Positions 11,246-20,903 are shown, counted from the stretch's first letter. The stretch: DNA of 64,000 bases from an uncultured Candidatus Rokubacteria bacterium (GCA_963805625.1 CAWDVE010000010.1:320001-384000); one strand, 5' to 3'. The notes: a model not told the origin generated them from the sequence alone. Numbers and translations are program-made.

Positions 11246-11806
11246 TTAGGCGTTTTGCCGTCTGCGGCGCAGCAAGGTCCCCAATCCCGCTATCCCCAAT
11301 CCGACCAAGACGAGGGAAGCCGGTTCCGGAACCTGCTCCACATCGGATTGTACCGACACGCTGTATCCGAAAGCGCGCAGTTCGGCGGGCAGGTATTGGG
11401 TCACGTCCTGCAATTCTCCGGTTTCCGGAATGCGCGGTACGTCTGGGCCCAGGCCGAGCCCTGGCCCGCCTTCCGAATCGGAGATAAAGAGAAGCGAATA
11501 CACTGGGGATCCCGACGCGTGCTGCAGGTCAAGCACGTCGCTATCTTCACCCGTGCCGGGCTCGGTGAGTGCGACCAGAAAGCTTTCGGGCGGAATGGCT
11601 GTGCTGGCTGGCCCAGCCAAGCCCGAGGCGAGAATCAATTCCAACCCCCCTCCCGTTTCCGCTGTAGTTTCATCGAAAATAACGACGTCATTGAGGAGTA
11701 TGACCATCCGATCCGATGTCCCTGCGGGCAATGGAGTAGCTGATGCGAGTGTTGTCAGGCTGCCCCAAACCGAACATACGAGCACGGCGCTCATCACGGA
11801 CTTCAT
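11246..11806 (-). CDS. PEP-CTERM protein
   Basis: GGGAGG RBS, signal peptide, C-terminal VPEPASLVLVGLGIAGLGTLLRRRR. Confidence 0.9.
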   Translation of the reverse strand: MKSVMSAVLVCSVWGSLTTLASATPLPAGTSDRMVILLNDVVIFDETTAETGGGLELILASGLAGPASTAIPPESFLVALTEPGTGEDSDVLDLQHASGSPVYSLLFISDSEGGPGLGLGPDVPRIPETGELQDVTQYLPAELRAFGYSVSVQSDVEQVPEPASLVLVGLGIAGLGTLLRRRRQNA

Positions 11807-11899
11807 GATGTCGTCCTCCCTCTGTCGCTTCCCACGGAGTTTCGCCTCAACCCGGCGAGGACGCGGGCTCCAACGTCGAGTCCCTCCCCCGGCACGATG

Positions 11900-12045
11900 A
11901 TCGATGCCAACAATGTGACCCGCTGCGCGACGAAGCGCCAAGCGAGCCCAACGATCCCGGCGGCGAGGAGCAGGAGCGTAGCGGGTTCCGGGACGGCCTG
12001 GGGCTCTCCGTAGAAGAAGTCATCCATCACGACGAGATCGACCGG
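11900..12045 (-). pseudogene. C-terminal remnant of a PEP-CTERM protein
   Basis: DLVVMDDFFYGEPQAVPEPATLLLLAAGIVGLAWR with no signal peptide or body. Confidence 0.75.
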
Positions 12046-12262
12046 GAGACAGTCATGAGAGGGACAACCTCCCAACTCGCATCCTTCACGCTCGCTCTTG
12101 GCCTCCTGATCCTGCCTTGCTCGGCTGAGGCGCTACAAGTGTTCACCGACACCCGGATTCCTAGCGAGCGACATCCAGGACACCATCAGTCGCTCGGGCT
12201 TACGTCCGGCGCATCCTACGCCCTCGAGACCCACGCCCCGAAACCCGTAGTCATCGGGGAGG

Positions 12263-12279
12263 AGCACTTGTCGTGCCAA
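12263..12279 (-). promoter_or_regulatory. sigma54 (-24/-12) promoter
   Basis: TTGGCACG-ACAA-GTGCT facing the PEP-CTERM genes. Confidence 0.6.
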
Positions 12280-12536
12280 TGAACCTAGGTGTCGAAAGAT
12301 CATTAGATTCCGCAGCTTCGGTCGAGGAGCCGTCGAGAGCTTTGAAGACGGACTGCACACCCCAGTGTGCACCCCGGCCGCTCTCCGGTCGGGTAGGACC
12401 CCGAGATCCCTTTCGATTCGGAGAGATGCCAGTGCTGCACAGTAGGCAGTGCAGGGTGCACTGTGGACTGTGCAGGTTGCGGGGCCGAAGACTCTCGTCA
12501 CGGTGTTCCATGAATGTGCGGTAGGAAAAAAAGTAG

Positions 12537-13844
12537 GGCTCTTCCGGCTTTCGTGTGGGTGACGAAGTCTCCGGGCTATGCTCTGCCCTGCCGAGGGGAG
12601 GGGCGGAGCGATGCGCGACACGGAGCTGTACCGAGCGATCTTGGGGCTGACGCCGCCCTGGACGGTGGGGGGCGTCGAGCTGAACATGCCGGAGGGGCAG
12701 GTGGTCGTCCGGGTGGAGGCCGGGCCGGGCCCGTTTGTCTGCCCGGAGTGCGGGAGTGCGGCGGAGCGCTACGACAGTCGGCCACGGCGGTGGCGGCACC
12801 TCGACACCTGTCAGTTGACGACGTGGATCGAAGCGGACGTGCCCCGGATCGACTGCGCGACCCATGGGGTGAAGCAGATCCGGGTGCCATGGGCGGAGCC
12901 GGGGTCGCAGTTCACGGTGTTGTTCGAACGGCTGGCGATTGATCTGCTGTGGGAGTGCTCGGTGACGGGGGCGAAGCGGGTGCTGCGCATCAGCTGGGAC
13001 GAAGCGTGGGGCATCAAGACCCGCGCCGTGCGGCGGGGGCTGGCTCGGCGCCAGGCCGAGGTCGTGCCCCATCTGGGCGTGGACGAGAAGGCCATCGCCA
13101 AGCGGCACCGGTATCTTACGGTGGTCGCCGATCTCGAGCGCAACCGGGTGCTCTATCTGGCCGACGACCGCAAGCAGGAGAGTCTGGACGGCTTCTGGGC
13201 CACCCTCACGGCCGCGCAAGTGGCGGGGATCGAGGCCATGGCGATGGACATGTGGGAGCCCTACGTCCAGTCCACGCGGGCGCACCTGCCGGACGCGGAC
13301 CGGAAGATCGTCTTCGACAAGTTTCATGTGGTCAAGCATCTCCACGACGCCGTCGACCAGGTGCGGCGGGGCGAGCATCGGGCGTTGAAGCGGACGGGTG
13401 ACGACCGTCTCACCGGGTCCAAGTACCTCTGGCTGATGCGGCCCAAGGACATGACGCCGGACCAGCAGACGGCGTTCCGGCTGTTGCAGCGGCAGGATCT
13501 CAAGGTGGCGCGGGCATGGCTGCTCAAGGAGCGCTTCGCCGCCTTCTGGGACTACACCTACCCCGGGGCCGCCGAGACGTTCACCGCCCGCTGGTACTGG
13601 CGCGCCACGCACAGTCGGCTCAAGCCCATGGCGGGCGTGGCCAAGCTAATCAAACGTCATCTCCCGAACCTGCTCACGTACCTCACGCACAAGATCACCA
13701 ATGCAGGCCTGGAAGCCGTCAACTCCGTCATCCAAGGCGTCAAGAAGACCGCCCGTGGGTTCCGCAACCCGGAGCACTTCAAGATCGCCATCTACTTCCG
13801 GTGCGGTGGGCTCGACCTCTACCCACACGAAAGCCGGTAGAGCC
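12537..13844 (+). mobile_element. ISL3-family insertion sequence, complete
   Basis: 24-bp IRs GGCTCT(T/A)CCGGCTTTCGTGTGGGT with 1 mismatch; 8-bp TSD AAAAGTAG at 12529-12536 and 13845-13852. Confidence 0.95.
12611..13840 (+). CDS. ISL3 transposase
   Basis: CPEC zinc finger, RRWRHLD, GVDEK, MDMW, FDKFHV, TNAGLEAVN. Confidence 0.95.
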   Translation: MRDTELYRAILGLTPPWTVGGVELNMPEGQVVVRVEAGPGPFVCPECGSAAERYDSRPRRWRHLDTCQLTTWIEADVPRIDCATHGVKQIRVPWAEPGSQFTVLFERLAIDLLWECSVTGAKRVLRISWDEAWGIKTRAVRRGLARRQAEVVPHLGVDEKAIAKRHRYLTVVADLERNRVLYLADDRKQESLDGFWATLTAAQVAGIEAMAMDMWEPYVQSTRAHLPDADRKIVFDKFHVVKHLHDAVDQVRRGEHRALKRTGDDRLTGSKYLWLMRPKDMTPDQQTAFRLLQRQDLKVARAWLLKERFAAFWDYTYPGAAETFTARWYWRATHSRLKPMAGVAKLIKRHLPNLLTYLTHKITNAGLEAVNSVIQGVKKTARGFRNPEHFKIAIYFRCGGLDLYPHESR

Positions 13845-13949
13845 AAAAGTAGTTACGGTAGTCGATGGCGACAATCCGTCGCCGACTGTAAAGACGACAA
13901 ATACCAGGAGGCGCTGGATGGCCACTTGACCTCCTCGACAGGCAGCATC

Positions 13950-14150
13950 GCCCAGATCTGGCTGCACTGAACGAACTTCGGAATGGCATTGCATTCATTC
14001 CACAGAACCGAAGGCGCAAACCTGATTGGAAGGGTCATAGCGTCTTCACAGAGGACGGCCCTGGTCAGTTTCTGGATGACATGGAGAAGCTGTCGGATGT
14101 CTTCGTCGAACGATTCTGGGGAGGCTCTCCGGAAGACACGGGCGAAAGGC
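13950..14150 (+). pseudogene. possible HEPN-like protein fragment
   Basis: Reads DLAALNELRNGIAFIPQNRRRKPDWKG (RNxxA with the His missing); no start codon. Confidence 0.3.
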
Positions 14151-14214
14151 CTGATGTCATCGCGCCAGAAGGCGGTGTCGATGGCACACAGAATGGCACG
14201 AAGCGGTCCGTCGG

Positions 14215-14243
14215 TTGACAGGCGTCGCGTAACCTATGACAAT
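14215..14243 (+). promoter_or_regulatory. sigma70 promoter of the intact tRNA-Arg
   Basis: TTGACA-N17-GACAAT ending 9 nt before the tRNA. Confidence 0.75.
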
Positions 14244-14251
14244 CATTGCGC

Positions 14252-14328
14252 GCCCCCGTAGCTCAGTCGGATAGAGCAAGGGTTTCCTAAACCCTGGGCC
14301 GGGTGTTCGATTCACCCCGGGGGCACCA
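14252..14328 (+). tRNA. tRNA-Arg(CCT)
   Basis: GCCCCCG/CGGGGGC acceptor stem, AGGGT-TTCCTAA-ACCCT anticodon arm, TTCGATT T-loop, CCA end. Confidence 0.96.
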
Positions 14329-15498
14329 ATATTCTCGCATAGTTGTCGAACGCTCGCCGAAACGGTCGCCACCGCAGTGTCACTCACGGTGTCACTGCAA
14401 GCAGTGGGGGGTGCCTCCTGGTCGCGAGTAGTTGGGGCGGGACTGCCTACCAGACGCTCGACGCCTTCCCGGAGCCTCCCCGGGCTGAGGTGGGCGTAGC
14501 GCATGCCCATCGCGAGCGTTTTCCAGCCTCCCAGCTCCTTGATGGTCAGGAGGTCCACGCCTGCCATCGCCAGTCGTGAGGCGAAGGTGTGGCGCAGGCA
14601 ATGCCAGGAGAAACCGTCGAGCATCTCCGCGTCCCCCTGCCGGCCCGCCTCGGCAAGCGCGTGACACGCCTTGGCGACCGCGCGGGGGAACCACCGATCC
14701 GCCTTCTGGGGCGGGTCCATATTGTCCGCGCCCCGGAATACGTGCTCGTTCCCCTCGGGAAGGCGCCGGGTGGCCATGTCCATGAGAATCTCGCGGACGC
14801 GACGGTTCATCGGCACGTGCCGAGTGCCACCATGCTTGCTTCGAGGAATCGTGAGAGTGCCCGTCATGAAGTCACAGTCGCGCCAGCGGAGCCCCATCTG
14901 CTCAGACCAGCGGAGCCCTGTGTGAATGGAAACCTCGACCATCTCCCGACGCCGGGCATCCGGCACAGCGTCAAGGAGAGATCGCTCGGCCTCCGCGGAA
15001 GGAAGGTACTTGAGGCGGCCATTATTCTCCCGAGGGAAGCGCGTGCCGACAACGGGGTTACTCGTCGCTTTGCCGTTCCGAATCGCCACGTTGAAGCAGC
15101 ATCGGAGTGCGGCTAGGTAGCGAACTACGGTAGCCGGCTCGTATCTTAGCTTGGACTCATGGCGGCCCGGCGTGCGCTGTGGGTCACGACGTTCCATCAG
15201 CGCCAGCTTGCCCTGCTCCACGTCCTGGCGAGTAATGGAAGCCACGGGACGGTCGCCCCATCGATCCTTCCAGTAGAGGATGCGGACGCAGTCATTGTGC
15301 GGCGGCCGGTTGTGCGCCTTCTGGTATCCCACGTACTCCTGAACGACTTCTGAGAAAAGGACAATGCGTTGCCGCTTCGTGGCGGTTGGGCAGAATTGCT
15401 CCGTTCGAGCAAGGGTCCGGCGCTTCTCCACCTCCTGCTGCGCCACGGACTTGGCGCCGACCAGCTCTCGGTGCTTGTGCCCGAGGGAGCAGTACCAA

Positions 15499-16220
15499 TG
15501 CGCATACCGGCGAAGCTGAACACCCAGATCGGCCCATCGTGAACGCGCCGGTCGGGGATCGTGATCGGAGCGGAGCGACGCTGGCCGGCCGATCAGCTGT
15601 CGAGCTTGCCCTCCTTTCTCCGTGAGGGACCTTTTAGCACGAGTCGGTGCGCGTTGTGCAGGAGCCGATCGCAGATGGCGTCAGCCAGCGTGGGCTCCCC
15701 GATGTGATCGTGCCACTGGGCCGGGGGGAGCTGGCTCGTGACGATCGTGGAGCGGCTGCCATAGCGATCTTCCAGAATCTCGAGCAGGTCGCGGCGTTCC
15801 TGGTCCTGTGGCGGGGCCAGGCCCCAGTCGTCGACGAGAAGGACGTCCATGCGCGCGAGCTTGCCGAGGAGCCGGCCGTAGGTCCCGTCGGCGCGCGCCA
15901 CGCGGAGATCATCGAACAGGCGGGAGGCCCGGCGGTAGTAGGCGCGATAGCCGCGGCGGCAGGCCTGGTGGGCGAGGGCGCAGGCGATGAAACTCTTGCC
16001 GGTGCCGGTGGCGCCGGTGACGAGGACCTGCTGGTGCTCGGCGATCCAGCGGCAGGTGGCGAGCTGGCGGATCACGGCCTTGTCGAGCTCCCGGCGGGCG
16101 GGATAGTCGATGGCCTCGATAGAGGCCTGCGGCAGCTTGAGCTTGGCTTCCTGGAGGGCGCGGGTCAGGCGCTTGTTCTCCCGCGCCAGCCACTCGGCGT
16201 CGACCAGCAGCCCGAGACGC
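15499..16220 (-). mobile_element. istB: IS21-family remnant (one end plus 5'-truncated istB)
   Basis: TGCGCATACCGGCGAAGCTGAACA terminus; IstB GATGTGKS, LLVDDWG, ADAICDRLLHNA (15593-~16220); istA absent. Confidence 0.85.
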
Positions 16221-16469
16221 TGGCTCCGTTGGAGTACGGCAGTGTCGCGTGAGTGGGACGCCGCCGCGTGTCCGAGGCACCAATGCAGCTAGGTCAGCGG
16301 CCCCCGCCCGCCGGAATCACCTACGCTGAGGCGATCACCCCGGCCGATTGAAACGTCCTACAATTAATAAGTTAGCACGGGTTCCCCCGATTGTCAACCG
16401 GCGTTCTACCAGGCTCCGGGTGCCCCTACGCAGCCCCCGCGCGTCCGGGGTGTCGTGAATCAACAGGCG

Positions 16470-16660
16470 ACGTGACATTGGACGGCGGACGGAGCCTGTA
16501 GGCGCCCCGCCGAGCAGTGAACCGGGCTCGAACGCCCGTGGAGCCCGTCTGGCGCCCGGTGTCGGCCTTGGGGTAGACGGGGCGGCCGGCGGCGTCGAGC
16601 CAGACCGGGGGGACCATGCCGCCGACCCAAGAAGGCGACGCCCCGCGCGGGGCAGGGCGT
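16470..16660 (+). mobile_element. probable IS110-family non-coding end remnant (no transposase)
   Basis: GACGGAGCC..CGCCC..AGCAGTG..GGGCTCGAACGCCCG..GCGGCCGG pattern recalled from IS110 leaders; followed by GGGGGA RBS and ATG 16616 with a truncated ORF. Confidence 0.4.
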
Positions 16661-16685
16661 CGTGGTCGTCTCGGGATCGAGCGGG

Positions 16686-17324
16686 TCAGTCGCGACGCCG
16701 CCAGCCGAGGCCCAGCCCCAGCAGTCCGAGGCCGAGCAGCGTGAGCGTACCGGGTTCGGGGACACCCTGAGCGTCGGAGAAGTCGACCTGCTTCACTTCC
16801 TTGAAGCCCGACTCGAGGAAGATCTGCACTTCCTTGATGGTCTCATCAAGGGACACGATGCCGATCCGCGTAAAATCCGCGTTCGCGTTCTGCCCAAAGA
16901 AGGTGAAGATCTGCGGAGGATTCCCCTGGTTGTCCGTCACCGTGACCGTGATCGGGTTCGATTGGGTGACATCCTCATTGGGTTGGCCGCGGAACGAAAA
17001 GTCCCCGAACTGGTTCGGATTCTCCGGTGTGAACGTCAGGGTCGTGAGCACGTCGTCGTTGTTGTCTGGCTTGATGTTGGCGTACCCGTTGCCCGTCTGG
17101 ACGCCCACGTCAGCTGTGACGTCGACCTCGAGGTTGTTGAGCGCGGCCGTGCACGCTTGATTCGCGCTGACGACGCCACAGAAGCTCGTCGAGCCGTTCG
17201 TCGGCTTGTCGATGAAGAATTTGTCCCCGCCCGGATCCGGATCGACGATGAAGGTGGCCTGGGCCGGGCTGGCCAGCAGGGCGGCCAGGACGACGACTGA
17301 CGCCGCGACTAGGGTACGGATCAT
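16686..17324 (-). CDS. PEP-CTERM protein
   Basis: Signal peptide ending SPAQA; C-terminal VPEPGTLTLLGLGLLGLGLGWRRRD. Confidence 0.92.
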   Translation of the reverse strand: MIRTLVAASVVVLAALLASPAQATFIVDPDPGGDKFFIDKPTNGSTSFCGVVSANQACTAALNNLEVDVTADVGVQTGNGYANIKPDNNDDVLTTLTFTPENPNQFGDFSFRGQPNEDVTQSNPITVTVTDNQGNPPQIFTFFGQNANADFTRIGIVSLDETIKEVQIFLESGFKEVKQVDFSDAQGVPEPGTLTLLGLGLLGLGLGWRRRD

Positions 17325-17388
17325 TGAAGCCCTCCGTTTGTTCGGCGGATTCATGCGCGTCTGAATAGCTAGCACAAAAGTGAAAGAG

Positions 17389-17405
17389 AGCAGATTTCGC
17401 GCCAA
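17389..17405 (-). promoter_or_regulatory. sigma54 promoter
   Basis: TTGGCGCG-AAAT-CTGCT 65 nt upstream of the PEP-CTERM start. Confidence 0.7.
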
Positions 17406-17531
17406 TCTAGTTACGCTCCCAAAATCGGGGAGTTAGCCCCGCGTGATCTCCAGAGTGTAAAGTAAGTTGGCAGTCGGCAATTTTGCCCTTCTGTAAGTAC
17501 CGAAGAACATGAGCTTCTCGACAAGCCACGG

Positions 17532-17548
17532 TGTCGACATTCTTTACA
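17532..17548. promoter_or_regulatory. TGT-N11-ACA enhancer-binding-protein site
   Basis: TGTCGACATTCTTTACA about 127 bp upstream of the sigma54 site; similar site at 23116. Confidence 0.6.
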
Positions 17549-17779
17549 TGTTCGCACTTGGGGTCCCCCGACCGCTGGACGTGCGAGCCCCTCTCTTGAT
17601 CGACGGCCGCTGCAAGGAGCTTAACGACCCCGATGGTAGTCTCAGCGCGACACTGGAGACGCAAGGCACGATCCTACGCGGCAAGCTCTGGAAGGCGCGA
17701 TGACGAGGTTGGAACCCAACAAGCCGCGCGTTGAAGTCGGCTCCCACACAACCCACGGATGGGACCCAACGTCGGCCGG

Positions 17780-17828
17780 GGGACCCTCTCACTCGAATTT
17801 GAACGGGTGTGTACGCGCACTCGTGCCC
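17780..17828 (+). repeat. 49-bp direct repeat, copy 1
   Basis: GGGACCCTCTCACTCGAATTTGAACGGGTGTGTACGCGCACTCGTGCCC; 2 mismatches to 18974-19022. Confidence 0.9.
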
Positions 17829-18073
17829 AGCCGGGTCCCCCTCCCGGCCCACGCTGGTCTCCGATTGGGAAAGGAGGCCCCATATGAGGCATCGCCCGGC
17901 TGACAGTCCCGGCCACCCTCGACCTGGCCCTGCTTGCCGCGCCGCTCGCCATCGGGCTCAACAGGCGGCGGATAGACTATGCAAGTTCCTTCATCTTGAC
18001 AGCGCTGGCGACCAGACGTAGTGTCGGCCCGCTTCCTCGAACGTCCGGCCCTCGCCGGTAAGGAGAGAGGGAT

Positions 18074-18727
18074 ATGCTCAACGACCTGTTCCCGGGACAA
18101 CGCTTCACTACCCGAGGCGGGCGTGGCAACCGGCACGGGCGTCTGTGCGTAATTGCAGCGGTTCTAGCGCTCGTCTGGGGGGTCAGCGCGCCCGCCGCGA
18201 CAGCCGCGATCATCGAGCACGTCTTCACGGGTGACATCCTCGTAAACGACGGATTGCCAGGCGTGTCGGTCGGGGACCCTTTCACTGCCACCTTGACCTA
18301 CGATGACTCGCAGTCCCCCTTTTTCGTCTCGCCAGTGGAGGCGGACTACGCGGAATTCACCTTCGAAGTCACCGTTGGTGCTTTCATTTTCTCTCAGCCC
18401 CAACCGCCCATCGTGGCTCTGGTGGTCTTCAACTTTCCCGGAGTGGACAGGTTCGAAACAGGCCCGGGCTCGGGGCCAGTCTTTCGGTTGGTTGATGATT
18501 CTGGAAGCGCCCTCAGTTCCACTGCCCTCCCAACTACTTTGGACATCGCAGACTACTCCTCTGGGCCCAATTTCCTCATAGTCCCCCCCTTTCTTACAGG
18601 CGAGATTACGTCAATCTCGTCGAGGGTCGTGGGCCAACCTGTAGCGGAACCAGCTACCCTCGTTCTTCTCGCCCCCGGTCTCGCCGGACTCGGCGCGCTG
18701 CGCTGGAGGAGACAGCGCCGACAGTAG
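18074..18727 (+). CDS. PEP-CTERM protein (VAEP variant)
   Basis: Signal peptide; C-terminal VAEPATLVLLAPGLAGLGALRWRRQRR; TTGACA-N17-TAGTGT at 17996-18024. Confidence 0.88.
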   Translation: MLNDLFPGQRFTTRGGRGNRHGRLCVIAAVLALVWGVSAPAATAAIIEHVFTGDILVNDGLPGVSVGDPFTATLTYDDSQSPFFVSPVEADYAEFTFEVTVGAFIFSQPQPPIVALVVFNFPGVDRFETGPGSGPVFRLVDDSGSALSSTALPTTLDIADYSSGPNFLIVPPFLTGEITSISSRVVGQPVAEPATLVLLAPGLAGLGALRWRRQRRQ

Positions 18728-18818
18728 AGTCGCCGGAGCCTTGCGGAGCTTTCCACGGGCGTCGAGTATCCCTCGGCGCCCGTAGTGTTATCACGACGCC
18801 CCGCCGCTAGGGGTGTAG

Positions 18819-18901
18819 GTCATCACATGAAAATCGCCAAGGCCCTCGGCCTGACGATTCCGCCGTCGGTGCTGGCTCGGGCGGATCAGGTCATAGAGTG
18901 A
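18819..18901 (+). pseudogene. 3' remnant of ABC substrate-binding protein
   Basis: [24 protein letters not shown]-stop. Confidence 0.75.
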
Positions 18902-18973
18902 GCGGCAGGTTCTCAAAACCCGGGAGTTGCGCCCTTTTCCACCAGATTCGGGACACCACCACGGCCGAGCCGC

Positions 18974-19022
18974 GGGACCCTCACACGCGAATTTGAACGG
19001 GTGTGTACGCGCACTCGTGCCC
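18974..19022 (+). repeat. 49-bp direct repeat, copy 2
   Basis: Matches 17780-17828. Confidence 0.9.
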
Positions 19023-19260
19023 TGCTGTGCCCCCGCCATCGCGAGCCGCGGGTGCCCTACCCATGGGTCCCCCTTCGTGGGGGAGGGGGGGGTGCCGGAG
19101 CGGGCTAGTTGCGGGCTAGTTGCGAGTCGCGCCGGGTCGCATCCGGTTCCGTTCGGGGGCAGTGGCGCGCGCCGTTGTGTGCGGTGCAAGTGCCGGCACA
19201 AGTGTCCCCCGTGTACACTGACGACGACCAGCGCCCCTGAGTGCGCCACCCTTGGTGGGT

Positions 19261-19305
19261 CTACGAATCCGAAGGTCGCAGGTTCGAATCCTGCTGGGCG
19301 TACCA
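19261..19305 (+). pseudogene. 3' half of tRNA-Arg(ACG) (att remnant)
   Basis: CTACGAA anticodon loop through GGTTCGAATCC to ACCA; no 5' half; followed by a hairpin at 19308-19337 and a T-run. Confidence 0.85.
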
Positions 19306-19490
19306 AGAAATCGGAGGAGTTACAGCTCCTCGGATTTTTGGGTTTGGCTAAAAGCAAGCACCAGGTAAGCGGTCAGCACCTCCAGTGCACAGGGGAGCTA
19401 GGGTTCCGTCCCGGCGGTCTCGCACGTCGGGCGCGGAGCCGGGCCAGCGGTTTCCCAAGTTATCGGAAGTCGTCCTGATGCTGCCCGTCC

Positions 19491-20150
19491 CTAATCGTCC
19501 GAGGATCGCGTCGGACGCCACCACCAAGAACGGAACGAGCCCAGCGCAGCCAGCCCTGTGCCTAACAGGAGGAAGGTGGAGGGCTCTGGGACTCGGGTCC
19601 ACTTCGCGAACGTTCCGTTGAGGTCCTCGCTTGAGTCGTAGGTGGTGTCTGGAGGTACGCCTGACACGGGGAAGCAACATTCGCCTCTTAGTAGGGCTTC
19701 ATCCTGTGGAATGCTCGGAGTAGTGTTTAGAGCTTGAGCCACTAGGACGAAACCATTCTCGATATCGTAAGGCGTAGTGACCCAACAATTAAACTCAAAA
19801 AAACAGCCAAACGTTAACGCTGGGTCGCTGTCGAAATTCCCTGAACCAGGATCATCAACGAGGACTTGATCAAGCAAGGCTTGTGACGCTGCGAGGGCGT
19901 CGCTGGCTGAAGTGAACGGGAAATGCGCCTGGTCGCATGCGCCGAACACCGCCGCACACGTCCCTTCGGCGAACTCAACATCGTAGCGAATGCCTTGCAC
20001 GGACACTCCGGTGGCACCCCTCAAGATCCCGTTCCCGTCCACGACCAAGACGGGCGCACCCTGCGCGGGTATAGGGACCCCAAAGAAAACGACGACGAGG
20101 GCCACGACCAACGGAGGCATGAAACCCATAATGCGTCCCCCTTTCATCAT
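19491..20150 (-). CDS. PEP-CTERM protein
   Basis: Signal peptide ending PAQG; C-terminal VPEPSTFLLLGTGLAALG; locally lower GC; start could be 20129. Confidence 0.88.
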   Translation of the reverse strand: MMKGGRIMGFMPPLVVALVVVFFGVPIPAQGAPVLVVDGNGILRGATGVSVQGIRYDVEFAEGTCAAVFGACDQAHFPFTSASDALAASQALLDQVLVDDPGSGNFDSDPALTFGCFFEFNCWVTTPYDIENGFVLVAQALNTTPSIPQDEALLRGECCFPVSGVPPDTTYDSSEDLNGTFAKWTRVPEPSTFLLLGTGLAALGSFRSWWWRPTRSSDD

Positions 20151-20771
20151 GTTTGGCCATCGTAGTTGGATGCCACGCGGATAGCAGACAGGTTATTCCG
20201 CACGTAAAAACTAGGAAGACTCCAGCGGACCATGAGCGTCGCCTCCCAGACTGGAACAGCGGTGAGCCGAACCTAGCGCAGATCGCGTAAGGCGTCAATG
20301 AAACGGCAGCATCACGGAAACGGCAGTGCCAAACTTGCAATTCCTTGCAGGTTGGCCGCCCAGGAGGGCGGTAGAGTGAATATCCCTTGCCGGGGTTCCG
20401 AGGCGTCATCATCGCAGCCCGACGAGGCAGCCAACCGCGCCTGCTGCGGTCCTGCTCGGCGAGGGGTCGCCACGATTCGCGCCAGAGAGAGCGAGTTGGC
20501 GAGTGGAGCGATGAGGGAAGGGGCCGCACACCGCCCTCCGCGCCGGCGAAAAGCGCACCGCCTACGCGCCGCTGTGGCCCCCAGGATCGCGTTTGAGAGT
20601 AGGACCGCTGGTGTCAGTCCCGGTGTCAGTGACCCATCGTCACAGGGTCGTCTCGGTCGCGCTCCCTTCTAGTTGGCGGCGAGCGAATCGCCGCTCTGGA
20701 CATGGCGATTCGTATTACCGCGTACGACGGAGCGATATGGCGTCAGACGGGCAGGGAAGGGCTTGGGCGGA

Positions 20772-20816
20772 TTCCTAAACCCTGGGCCGGGTGTTCGATT
20801 CACCCCGGGGGCACCA
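20772..20816 (+). repeat. tRNA-Arg(CCT) 3'-half duplicate (att junction of elements 2 and 3)
   Basis: Identical to 14284-14328. Confidence 0.95.
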
Positions 20817-20903
20817 ATTTTTACAAGGGGTTGCGGAGCACCATTTCGACGGTTGACCGGCGAGTGTCGCTACAAGTGTCGCTTATCGAGGAGGCGCCGG
20901 CGG

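Larger units (their letters stand above)
10970..14290. mobile_element. integrase-less island 1 bounded by tRNA-Arg 5'-half duplication
   Basis: TTCCTAA core at both ends; near-identical 19-bp arm motif at 11108-11126 and 14180-14198. Confidence 0.7.
14157..15498 (-). pseudogene. tyrosine integrase, N-terminus cut by IS21 end; frame runs through the tRNA antisense strand
   Basis: TGLRWSE, K, HCLRHTFASR, GW, RYAHL catalytic motifs; frame open up to the IS21 terminus at 15499. Confidence 0.85.
14284..20816. mobile_element. integrative element 2 at tRNA-Arg(CCT)
   Basis: 45-bp tRNA 3'-half direct repeat (14284-14328 / 20772-20816); adjacent integrase; matching arm repeats at 14377-14396 and 20610-20630. 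Confidence 0.85.

Noticed and set aside
12340-12480. TGCAC-rich stretch as iterons
   Set aside because: Irregular spacing, short motif and no rep gene nearby.
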